This document shows, in pieces, positions 13,101-22,735 of a stretch of 64,000 bases of DNA. The translations under genes and the position numbers were made by a program. The notes below the pieces were generated by a model that did not search any database, was not told the DNA's origin, and worked only from the letters and a program-made list of their open reading frames with translations. Position 1 is the stretch's first letter; each line of letters begins with the position of its first letter. Source of the stretch: Tubiluchus corallicola (lineage: Eukaryota; Animalia; Priapulida); assembly GCA_030141605.1 (NCBI GenBank), contig JAQGDQ010000519.1, positions 92,611 through 156,610 on the forward strand, written 5' to 3'.

Positions 13101-15320
13101 GCAATATCTCTGCAGAGTTGGACGAAGTCAGTTCTGCAGCTTCAATCCTCGACTGAATTATGTTGTTCGTAACAAAAACCTCCACATGACTTTGACCATT
13201 TGGTGGCACATCTGTGCTGACTGTGTTACCTGAATTGACAAAATTTATTTAGATAATTTATGTAGCATTATGCCTAATACAGAGATGCCACTGTATCCTT
13301 GACAATTAAACTTGCACAACTTTGCTGATTGCACTGCTTGAAAATAAAACAAGCCTGGTATGAAAATATAGACATCAGGCTAAATATAAGTCCAGTAGTT
13401 TAATCTACAGAGGCAGGAAAAAAGAGCAAGAAAGACACAGAAAGAGATATGACAGAGAGAACAATTAAGTTTTCATGCTTTCCTGACTATAGCCATAGCA
13501 GTAATCTAGCACAGAGAGAGATGACAGAGAGAACAATTAAGTTTCCATGCTTTTCTGACAATAGCCATAGCAGTAATCTAGCAGAGAGAGATATGACAGA
13601 GAGAACAATTAAGTTTCCATGCTTTTCTGACAATAGCCATAGCAGTAATCTAGCAGAGAAAGATATGACAGAGAGAACAATTAAGTTTTCATGCTTTTCT
13701 GACAATAGCCATAGCAGTAATCTAGCACAATATTTAGCTTTTTCTCTATAGCTTTTAAACTTTTTACAAGTGAATGAAAATTTTCCTGCAGAGACACAAA
13801 GTGCATGTGAAACCATTACACTTTCACATAAACCACAACAAGCAGTCATGATGTGTGAAGAGACAAACGAAGTCCTTAATTACCAGCACCAGAAACAGGT
13901 AAGAGCAGTTCACGCTGGCAGTCGTCATTCTGTTCAGCATCCTGCCTGTAGAGATCAGCATCAGTTGGAGCAGTTTCTTCTCCTTCAGGCATAACCTAAA
14001 AGAAAATAGTACGAAAACAAACTTAGATGAGGCATAATTGCCTTAGTTCAGCCTTGGCAACGGAAGCTTGTTTAATTTTGGTAGAACATTTTATTTAGAT
14101 TAGTTTGAAGAGCCATCTAAGATACAAATGACAAGTGGTTTCTTAATATTATACATATATATACAGCCAACCTCGGGTATAAGGTACTCACCTATAAGCG
14201 GCACTCGCTTATAAAGGACCACCAACACCAGTCCCGACTTTTTGTAACAATTTTCCTATGTAAAAATCTTCGTATATAAGGTACTCGCATATTAGGGTTA
14301 TAAGGGACAATATCTTCAGGTCCCGCATAATAGAAACCCAGGTAAATTACCTCGCATATAAGGGACCCTATGATCAAAGCGAAATTGATTGATTTTTAAC
14401 CTCAATCTTTTTGCAAACTCGGCCTTCAAACAGCTTGGTTTCCGCAGTCACATACATCTCGCATCACCGAAGAAGCTTCCTACACACCGCTTGCACTGAA
14501 TGTGTAGCAATAATCCATAAAAATATGGATAAAAATACAGGTCTAGATACACACTCGGTCTGACTCAACTTCGGCTATAAGAGACGGTTTTTTCTGGTCC
14601 GGAGGTGTCCTTTATATCCGAGGTTGACTGTATATCACAAACGAATTTAATTCATGGTTAATTCTAATGCATGTTATTTAAAGTTAAATTGTCATAATAT
14701 ATGAATACATCACTGTTTAATGGTTTACAAACATTTTTCTTCTAATTTATTTATTTTAAAAATAAGCTGGAAACTTATCAGTTATGCACAATTTGTTCAT
14801 AAACAAAAACTTGATCGTGGACAAAATATATCAAAAACACGACTTTGTCAAAGACATTTAAAAAACCAAAGGCTTGACTGTTGACCAAGTGAATAAGTGT
14901 AAACAAAATTATCTATATCCCTGAACACAGAAATGATAAATAATTTAATGTTCTGTTTAGTTCGATCAAAAAATTCATAAAATCCAAGCCAACGATAACA
15001 AATTTTCCTCAACACTGATAGCTAGCTTTTTAACAACATTGTTTACTTTTCATGAGGAAAATGGATAATGTAAACAAAGATAATTTAAAGAAGATGACTG
15101 ATTTCCTTGTCAAATGTCAACAGCTGCTTCAATATGTGCAACGAACAGTTAGATAAAAGAAGGATATAAAAACATATAACAAATTGTCAAAATAAATTAC
15201 CAATTGATACACATTTTCCCCTTCCACATAGACTAGTTTAGCATTGCTTAAAGCTTGCATGTTTGTTGAAAATGTATGCTGCGATGGGACGGTTTCAGGT
15301 TCCGATGCTGCCACACTCAT
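873..15320 (-). CDS. ZNF236: ZNF236-like multi-C2H2 zinc-finger protein, 5' part. Coding exons 15201-15320, 13884-13995, 12940-13229, 8925-9038, 2031-2324, 873-1149; the gene continues beyond window position 1
   Basis: All introns are GT-AG with compatible phases (0,1,0,0,0), giving one open frame: MSVAASE...PPLKK|GPFKCPQC...GDEFLLE|SELKRHM...HERIHTG. The finger block DKPHRC..CP.SFN.E.NL.LH..TH...PTCP.C.K.F.R.AS.KAHIM.HE..E.LIC.ECGDEF is recognised as the N-terminal finger cluster of ZNF236. Confidence 0.85.
1462..1957 (+). mobile_element. hAT-superfamily MITE, copy 1
   Basis: TIRs cag(c/g)ggtgtgcaaatt / aatttgcacacccctg, perfect 8-bp TSD tactacag; near-identical inverted copy at 39467-39926. 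Confidence 0.9.
2031..2324 (-). CDS. ZNF236: ZNF236-like coding exon 5 (fingers 1-3 and start of finger 4)
   Basis: Acceptor tttcag|GGA at 2324, donor GAG|gtgaa at 2031; 294 nt, phase 0-0; three complete C2H2 fingers. Confidence 0.92.
3496..4048 (-). mobile_element. 5S rRNA-headed SINE (SINE3) with RTE-like body and (CAA)n tail
   Basis: Minus-strand 4048-3929 is a full-length 5S rRNA-like sequence (GTCTACGGCC...GTAGGCTT) with no oligo-T terminator. It runs into a GC-rich body, then RIRLLSHSRRC-like codons of an RTE ORF C-terminus, then gagacagaaagatgc(caa)n. Confidence 0.8.
3929..4048 (-). pseudogene. 5S rRNA-derived segment (SINE head, Pol III type-1 promoter)
   Basis: 120 nt with A box AGTTAAGCA and C box TGGATGGGTG; 5'/3' ends can form helix I; several substitutions relative to typical metazoan 5S. 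Confidence 0.8.
4965..5560. mobile_element. Truncated piggyBac-like non-autonomous element
   Basis: Begins TTAA|CCCC with ggggtaaaaaattacccc subterminal motifs, repeated near 5540; no closing TIR found, so the right boundary is approximate. Confidence 0.4.
6812..7216 (+). CDS. Stand-alone TAZ2-type zinc-finger protein (CBP/p300-like), 134 aa, nested antisense in ZNF236 intron 4
   Basis: IQRCISSLEHACEC....C....C.K.K.VV.H...C......C..C..L..LC.YHAK.CQ...C.VPFC matches the CBP/p300 TAZ2 pattern, with all 12 Zn ligands (3x HCCC). First ATG at 6812, stop at 7216, AATAAA immediately after the stop. Confidence 0.75.
   Translation: METNTTSGAETEGDRYTTFIQRCISSLEHACECQDSNCPVTNCIKVKIVVIHARICQQDREKCAACSHLMTLCSYHAKQCQLMQCSVPFCHNYRQSFGDHKEASFTVESSSKMAQGIPDRERGTNFMNLKLANL
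7720..8372 (-). mobile_element. PIF/Harbinger non-autonomous element with a transposase N-terminal remnant
   Basis: Imperfect TIRs gacttcatgtgtacgtaatgc / tattatgcacacatggagtc. Minus strand encodes RRKRKHRFWVHNILQGREQYGRYHHLVKQL, typical of the Harbinger transposase N-terminus. Confidence 0.7.
8925..9038 (-). CDS. ZNF236: ZNF236-like coding exon 4 (acidic stretch, PPLKK)
   Basis: tcacag|ACT ... AAG|gtaagt; 114 nt, phase 0-0; joins in frame to GPFKC. Confidence 0.75.
9630..10217. mobile_element. piggyBac-type MITE
   Basis: TTAA TSD on both sides; TIRs ccctttcactac / gtagtgaaaggg. Confidence 0.85.
10850..10940 (+). pseudogene. Highly degenerate 5S rRNA-like fragment (old SINE3 head?)
   Basis: gagctaagca ... 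gcctggtcagtaagtggttggtgactgcc resembles the 5S A/IE/C box region. Confidence 0.4.
11679..12133. mobile_element. Tc1/mariner-pogo-type MITE
   Basis: TA TSD; TIRs ccgtattttcccgtgtataagagaccc and its reverse complement; internal repeats of gtataagagaccc. Confidence 0.88.
12940..13229 (-). CDS. ZNF236: ZNF236-like coding exon 3
   Basis: ttcag|GT ... CAG|gtgagt; open frame NTVSTDVPPNGQSH...PVDQ; phase 1-0. Confidence 0.7.
13444..13728. repeat. 72-bp minisatellite, about 4 copies
   Basis: atgacagagagaacaattaag recurs at 13449, 13521, 13593 and 13665. Confidence 0.95.
13884..13995 (-). CDS. ZNF236: ZNF236-like coding exon 2
   Basis: ttttag|GTT ATG CCT ... GCT G|gtaat; 112 nt, phase 0-1; VMPEGEETAPTDADLYRQ... 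This exon is not in the ORF track. Confidence 0.65.
14164..14630. mobile_element. pogo/Tigger-type MITE
   Basis: TA TSD; TIRs cagccaacctcgggtataagg / tttatatccgaggttgactg; internal tataag repeats. Confidence 0.85.
15201..15320 (-). CDS. ZNF236: ZNF236-like first coding exon
   Basis: Acceptor ttag|GAG three nt before the ATG at 15320, donor TTG|gtaat at 15201. Implies an upstream non-coding exon. Confidence 0.65.
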
Positions 15321-15623
15321 CTCCTAATCAAATAAAATGAAAATAAACTTGTGAATTTTAACTACCAAATCTGTTATATCTACTTAACATATACAGCAAA
15401 GTAAACATAGCTGCTGAACAGGAGCAATTCGTCCTTTTTCTACGGGAGAAGGAAGACAATGTGAGCCACGATAATGTTTCATCAGGGAAAAAATGATTAG
15501 GTCTACATGTCAAAAATATATATGAATGATAATTAGAATAGCAAACAGAGTAGCAGCCAGTGGCTATACAAACTGTAAGTTTCAAAAAGCACTTTCTATA
15601 ATGTGATTTTTAACAATCACGAA

Positions 15624-16496
15624 CTGTGCTGGGTAGTAATGCGTTACTGTAATCAGATCACTTTTCATAGCAACGAGTAATGTAATGCTATTACTCTGCT
15701 TAGCCTTGTAATCAGATTATTCGTTACTTTCACAGTAACGCTATTAAATCTGCGTTACTTATCTATCCAAAAAAAACCACTTAGGCCATTTCGGTCACTT
15801 AGCCACCTTGCTTTTGTTTATCTCTACTACACAACGTCTGTATGCATACCGTGGTTTATTACTTTGCTCAAATAATAACCTTATTTGACATTCAGACCAA
15901 CTGCATCATAAAAACTTCTACAGCTGTAGCTGTTTTACACTCTCAACACTTGGTCACATTCAAGTTGCACACATTGTAAAACAACGTAGCTCAGTAAAGC
16001 CACATGCCTCGTAAAGCAACACGGTTTAACACTGTAGTGTGTGCAGTCAATACATATTTTAGCGTTATACAATGGATGGGGGCGACAAAGTTCAAGCTTC
16101 GTCGTCAGCCCAGCAAGCAGAAACTTTTTGCAAGTGGCAATATAGCGAATATTTTAATTTTGTAAATGCAGAAAAACTAATTTAACAGTGCGGTGCACCT
16201 TGTGTGCGGGGAAAAACTGTCATCTGCACCAAAAAAACTCAATACATGTAGCAGTGAAAATGTAACGTAAATTAACTTGATGGCATATTTATGCATATTG
16301 CAGGAGCAATGCTCCAATTTCACTAAAGTCAAACTGAAGCTCATTTTTCGCCGAAGTAGCATGCAAAAGTAATGAGTAAACCGTAAGGGGTTACCCTTGC
16401 TGAAAGTAATCAGTGATAAGCAATTTGACTACAATTTTTCTGAAGTAATTAGTAATCATGACAAATTACTTTTCAAAAGTAACAAGTCCAACACTG
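15624..16496 (+). mobile_element. Internally deleted hAT element with a BED-finger remnant
   Basis: Termini c(a/t)gtg(c/t)tgg...ccaacactg with many gtaac/gttac subterminal repeats. 16072-16250 encodes a frameshifted W.Y..YF.F...N..V.C.LC BED-like motif. Confidence 0.65.
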
Positions 16497-17269
16497 CTTA
16501 TGAATATTAAATACAACTAATAAATAGGCCTACTGGTTTCACTGTTTACCTGAAAAACCACACATCTCACACAAAACTGACAAATGCTTACACGTTTACG
16601 CAAACATAAACAGGTAACCACCAATATGTTAAAAAATTAAATTTGTCACTACTGCTCAGTATTAATTCTCACTTTTCAATCACTTTAAACAAAATGATCA
16701 AACTTTCAGGCACGTACAGACGCTCAAAGGTTCATCCATACGAGACGCAGTTAACAAGTACAATGACACAAACTTAATTTCGAGTTCTAGTCTTGATCAA
16801 AAATCAAAATATAGAGAAATGCCACAGAATTCAGACTATTCACTGGACAGGGTACGAATATCACAAGTGATAAAATTTTGCTTGTGCTAATGACAACAAG
16901 ATCACAGATGGGCTCCTCAACTATTTTGAGAAATAAATGTTGTCTTTCCTTTGTCTTTCTAAAATTAGTAATGTGAACTGTAACTGTAATCGTAACATTA
17001 TGTACTCATGGATTTTGCCAATGATAAAATTAATGAATACCGAACTTTTGCATTTTTCCAATAGGTGTGTTCAGGTGCCACATGAATTATAATAAGTAAT
17101 CGCGAATTACAATAGCAAAACAAATCATAGTATGTAAAAGACACCTACTTGATACTGTTTGTAAATAGTACTTGGTACCAAATTTACAATAGCCATTATT
17201 AATGTTTAAAATATTTGTACTTAAACATCGGCCTAATCTGATTTAACATTATGCTGGGTGCTACTGCTC

Positions 17270-17660
17270 AATTCTAATCTTACAAGGCCGCCATTTCATA
17301 AAAAGGGGAAACTAATAATGAGCGTAAATAGTGTGTTTTAAGGCCTTCTATGGCGCTCCACTGAAAAATAACTGAAATAAACCAAGCTGAATAAAGTTCA
17401 ACATAGCTAAAATATACTGATACAAAAATGTTAAATTTAAGTCAATAAATGACAAATACGAAATTAAACGAACCGTGAAAGCTTATAGAAACGTCTTGAC
17501 AAATTCTAAAACATACAGAAACCAAAAATATATTAAATAAAATTTCGACCTAATTTTCGCAAAATGGCTGTTAGGCAGTGCGCAATGAAATGGACAAAAT
17601 ACCCGGATGTCGTCAGAACTCGTTTCACTCACGTCTCATTCAGTTTGACGCACCGGAACA
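17270..17660. promoter_or_regulatory. Candidate divergent promoter region between ZNF236 and RAD17
   Basis: Minus-strand AAATGGCGGC (YY1-like) followed by a GTAAG donor at about 17283; plus-strand AAAATGGCT at 17561; ETS-like ccggat/ccggaa at 17603 and 17653. Confidence 0.35.
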
Positions 17661-18110
17661 GATATTATTTATGTACCAGCATATTTATATACAAAAATGA
17701 AACGTGGGGTTTAACGATTACTCAAGAAAAACAGATTGACACATTTCGCAGAAGTCTTCTCAGGAAAGTTTTAAAGATAAGATGGCTATACATTATCAAA
17801 AATGAAGATTTATACATCAGAACTTTTGAAATTTATTGGATTTCAAAAGTCTGATGATTAAGGTGGTTATGACATCTTCTAAGACTACCAAATGAAGCAC
17901 CAGCAAGAACCGCCTTAAAGGAAGCGTTAAGGCCTTGCAAGAAACAAATTGGCAAACCAAAAACAATTTGAACAACTAAAATAAATAAAGATGTTCAATA
18001 ATTTCAACCAAATCCATTTTTAGGAGAAAAAGAACTTAAGCTGTTAGCTGCAGATAGAAGTGGATAGAATAATCTGGAAAATGTTGATACCTCAATGCCT
18101 ACAATAGGTG
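17660..18110 (+). mobile_element. Degenerate non-LTR retrotransposon 3' fragment (RTE-like)
   Basis: IFIYKNETWGLT...IDTFRRSLLRKVLKIRW...KNEDLY, then W.GHLLR-like residues with stops. Confidence 0.7.
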
Positions 18111-18149
18111 GTGATAATAGCAGTGCTGGTAAAATAAGGCTAAGCAATT

Positions 18150-18814
18150 TAGGGTTGAACATCAAACGTTCGAATTCGATTCGAATGCGTTATTTTTATT
18201 GGAATTCGATTTGAACCTAAAATTAAGGATTCAAATAGCTTAGCACTTTACCACATACATTCTTTTTTCATTAAAACATTTTCATTAAACATCACACTAT
18301 TAGTACAATTGGCGATTTTTGTGAACAGTTTTAAATTAATTATCAGTGGTTCTATAACAGAACAAAATCAAGGCTTATGCATGATCTTTACAAAACCAAT
18401 TTTTACTGAGGGTTCGAAAACTTGTTCGAAATTCTTTCAAACTCAATTCGAATTTGAAATATTGAAATTTAGTTTGACTCGAATTTGAAAGAGCCAAATT
18501 CGATTTGAGCTCGATTTCTGATGGAGAACGCTGACCCTTGGAACAAAGTTAAAGATTTTCGAACAAATTTTCGAAACCCTAGTAAAAATTGGTCTTACAA
18601 AGATCAAGCTTAGTACGTCATTTTGTTCTGATGTAAAACCACTATTAGTTTATTAAAACTTTTCCATAGAAACTGTAGCTAAATTGTGCTAATTGCATGC
18701 TGTTTTAAACATTTTAATGATAAAGAACATATGTGGCCGAAGTGCTGAATTATTCGAAACTATAATTTTAGATTTGAATCGAATTCCCTTCGAACATTCG
18801 ATGCTCACTCCCTA
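18150..18814. mobile_element. Two hAT-like MITE copies (TTCGAA-rich family) arranged as an inverted pair
   Basis: 18150-18539 is a reverse copy, and about 18556-18814 a partial forward copy, of the element at 30314-30702. Confidence 0.7.
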
Positions 18815-19759
18815 CAGGTAAAGGCAAGAATCAGAGCTTTGGAAATAAATGGTAATTGTCTATTTAGATGGTCACTGGATGAGTAGGACAGAATTTTTGG
18901 ATGTGGCTTACAGCCAGAAACTTTGTAACATATTTTGTTACGTTGTATTTTTTATGAAAATTAAAAAGGAAAAGTTATTAATTTTGGTAATGTGTTTCAG
19001 ATAAGGAGCGTGTGAGTGGGTTACCGAAAATGAAAATAATGTAGGAGACTGACCATCATTGATCAGTGACATTTTCAACAGTAAATATATATTAACTGAA
19101 TTTGAATTTGGTGAGTGGTCGCGTCAATATCTGTTTTGCTTTTCAAGGGTGCGTATTGCGTAGCTGAAGTCCGCGGGATAAATAAAAGTAAATTGGCTAG
19201 ATAAGTGTTGAAGACAAGAAGTGAACATGAATGTGTTACAGGCTAAGTTAAAGTAAAATTATGCGTCTTTCTGACCGTATTTGTAATTTGAACTTGTTTC
19301 TTTATCAACTGTTAAAATTAATGCCAACTCACGTATATAAAGTTAAACAGTTTGTTGTCTTTCACAGGTTTTATAACCGTCGGGTAAAGTTTGTTGCTCA
19401 AATACGCAACTAGCAGTAACATTATATATATACATTGCCATTGGCAAGTACAGGATAAAAATACATAGATGTAAAGCTACAGGTTGCAGGTACATTATAA
19501 ATAAACTGACATACTGCGGCTTTGTTTTACATGCTATTATGAGGATTAACTAAAAAACATATTAATCCATTAATCAAAGTGATTGCGAATTTGGCTGTAC
19601 CATAGTTACTTGATAGTAATATTGGATACTGTTATTAACCACAGGAGATTACAAAACTTACACGAATCTGGTGTGCTTCACACATGAATGCGAAAATTCT
19701 TAATATTCATGCGACTGCAAATAGAGCAGTTTCAAGTTTCACTGCTGTGAGTGATTAAT

Positions 19760-20140
19760 TTGCTGACCATTGAGAAATATTACACAATATTCGTTAACTT
19801 CATTACAATGAGTATTCACAGGAAAAACAGTCAACAGATCTATTTTAAGCTTTGTATTGATTCTCCTTTTGTGGATGACATAGTAGACAGATCTATATGT
19901 GCAAGATTTTACGTGGACACATCAACATCAATTATGTAACTTTCTTCACTGTAATACGTACTTGCACTAGAGGTCATTCACTGAAACTTTACAAGCATTG
20001 AGCCAACACTGAGCAATACAGGTGCAGCTCTTCAAATACCGAAATTGATCTATGGAATTCCCTACCGGAAGAAGTTATATTGCTTACAAATGAATTGGAG
20101 TTTTAAAAATGCATTAGACAAATATTTATGCACTGGAGGT
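19760..20140 (+). mobile_element. Degenerate CR1/L2-like LINE 3' fragment
   Basis: Decayed coding remnants ending in ctatggaattccctaccggaa (LWNSLPE), typical of the RT C-terminus. Confidence 0.45.
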
Positions 20141-20867
20141 CTCCTATATTAATACCTTTGATGTATGATTGCAGGCAGAGCATGTTTTTGTAAATATTTA
20201 TCCATAAAGGGCACGATGAATCCTATACTATTTATGTGCAGATAACTGTTTTGTTACACGACCAATCTCACAACATGCTCACCGTTATGGTAAGCAAGAT
20301 TCTGTATGTTTTGGGTAAATTTATTTTTACAACAACCGAAACATTTTTTTGTGGGGTATCGGTGTACCTTTCTGAAGCAGATAAATTATTCAGCCCTACC
20401 AACTCTCACACATCAGGCCATTAGGCGTGTATTACGTGTGCATTTTAAGTATTTTACATGCGCACATTCATCAAATTTTAGTTCTCACGCATTCCACAAG
20501 TTTGCAAAATCGTCTGGCTGCTTTTGACATTTATGTTCTAATAATAGTTGTAAAAAAGTAACAGATGGTGCTTCTCATCAACATCTAATATATAATTGAA
20601 ATATACGTTTAACATTGTAAAATTAATAAAATTTGGTTTGCAATGTAATAATAAGGCTGGGGTGCTAATCTATGGACTAACAATATTCATGCCTGACTGT
20701 TTTTGCACGTAACATAGTACATATCGTTCATCATGTATAATTCATTATTTTCTGGACTATATAAATACTTGCATTTCCTCTGTAGTTAAGCTTATAGCCT
20801 GCCAGTTGTTTAGGTAGGAAATATCCATAGCTTCAGCGTCCAAGAAAAATAAGGTTCATTTACGAGT

Positions 20868-21192
20868 GTAAATAAATTGTTTGTGCTCATTTTAGTAAAT
20901 AAATTGTTTGTGCTCATTTTAGTAAATAAATTGTTTGTGCTCATATTAGTAAATAAATTGTTTGTGCTTATATTAGTAAATAAATTGTATGTGCTCATTT
21001 TAGTAAATAAATTGTTTGTGCTTATATTAGTAAATAAATTGTTTGTGCTTATATTAGTAAATAAATTGTTTGTGCTCATATTAATAAATAAATTGTTTGT
21101 GCTTGTATTAGTAAATAAATTATTTGTGCTCATGTTAGTAAATAAATTGTTTGTGCTTGTATTAGTAAATAAATTGTTTGTGCTTGTATTAG
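20868..21192. repeat. 27-bp minisatellite, about 12 copies
   Basis: Unit gtaaataaattgtttgtgctcatatta. Confidence 0.95.
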
Positions 21193-21219
21193 CTTAAACA
21201 TGACATCACGTCATTTAAC

Positions 21220-21850
21220 ACTTATGCATGTAGATGATGTACGTTGATTGGCTCTGACCACTTCGGGACTTCAGTAGCTTATCAATGTTTATAGTAATTT
21301 TGCAATTAAACATAAAATTATTGCAAACATGGATAAAACTAAAATTTTATCCATAAAACCAACTTGTACGAGACACTTAGAAACGGGTGACGTTTATTTA
21401 AATAATGTACTATTAAAAATATGAAAGAAGAGAAATATTTTGCCTACATATTTGATTATGAAAATAAGGATGACTGTGATATAGATAGACAGCGAGCTTT
21501 ATTTTACATAAGGTCAAACAAATTGATAAGAAAATTTTCAAAATGTAGCTCAAACGTAAAAAAGAAACTTTTTATACCACATTGTTCAAACTTTTACTGT
21601 GCATCTCTATGGCACCCTGTTTTTGATTATAGTTTTGATCACATAAAAATTGCATACAATGAAGCTATCCACAAGTTATTTCAACTACAGTATGACTGCT
21701 CTGACGGGGGAGTGTGTGTTCACCTTAACATACTATGTTTTAACGCCATAATCTGAAAATGTATTTATTCATTTAAAAACATGCTGTATAAAAGTTGCAA
21801 TACTTTGGAACTGTGACTGCAGATATCAATCTAAAATTCACCAACACTGG
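21220..21850 (+). mobile_element. Degenerate non-LTR retrotransposon RT fragment (RTEX-like)
   Basis: KYF.YI......DD.DI.RQ....Y.RSNKLIRKFSKCS..VKKKLF...C..FY...LW; broken YADD-like region upstream. Confidence 0.7.
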
Positions 21851-22735
21851 CTGAAAATTTTATATGTATCAAACAGGCTATTATGATTTTATTATATATT
21901 TATTACAGACTTTTTAATGTATTTACATACTGTAAATTATGTAATGTAATACGTGTTATGTTAGTTTTCTAATGTCAAATGTATAAATAGTGTAAATGTA
22001 ATGAGTGAAATTTATGTAATGTAAAGCATGTTTCTGTTAATAGTGTCATGTCAAAAGTATATATAGTGTAAAATTTGTCATGTAAAATTAAATGTACTTT
22101 TGTAATATTGTTTTGTAAAAATATTTTAATAAGGTGTTTGTAAATATGTTCATTTATTGTATATAATTAGGCCTTAGTTTTGCACTTTAGTTTTTTTAGT
22201 CTGCACTGGATGCATTTGTCTTGAACAGTGTTGTTATTTTAACATTACGCTGAGGCTTACTCAATTTTATTATAATGAGTGAACCATTTGAATGACAAAT
22301 AAAGAATTAATAATAATAATAATTGTTCTTTGTATTACTTTTAAACTATCTATGTTTTATTGTATATAATGCAAGTGAAATGCTCCAGCGGGATATAGCA
22401 GTATATTGTAGAGGGATTTACACAATTTTTTGTGTAATGCTTTTCTTTATATATTTTTAACACTTGTTTTGTATAGAAGAAATTCTGAAATAAAGGTTTA
22501 AATTCAAATTCTATATAGTGATTACTATCCTAAATTTGCCAATTAGTAGAATTGTGCACACTGTATGCATAATTGTTGCGGGCAGATTTGAATAAGTACA
22601 GTATCATTTTCCTAGCGACATCATTACTAAAATTTTCATTTTTTTTCAGAATGACGGCATGCCCTTGCAGTGACAGTACAGACACCATATGGCTCGTAAT
22701 TGCAAAATCACTACTTTAATGTTTTAAATCCAGTC

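Noticed and set aside
13444-13849. Repetitive ORFs and CRISPR-like periodicity (also 20868, 25968, 43337, 63549)
   Set aside because: Head-to-tail tandem repeats without unique spacers, in eukaryotic DNA with no cas genes.
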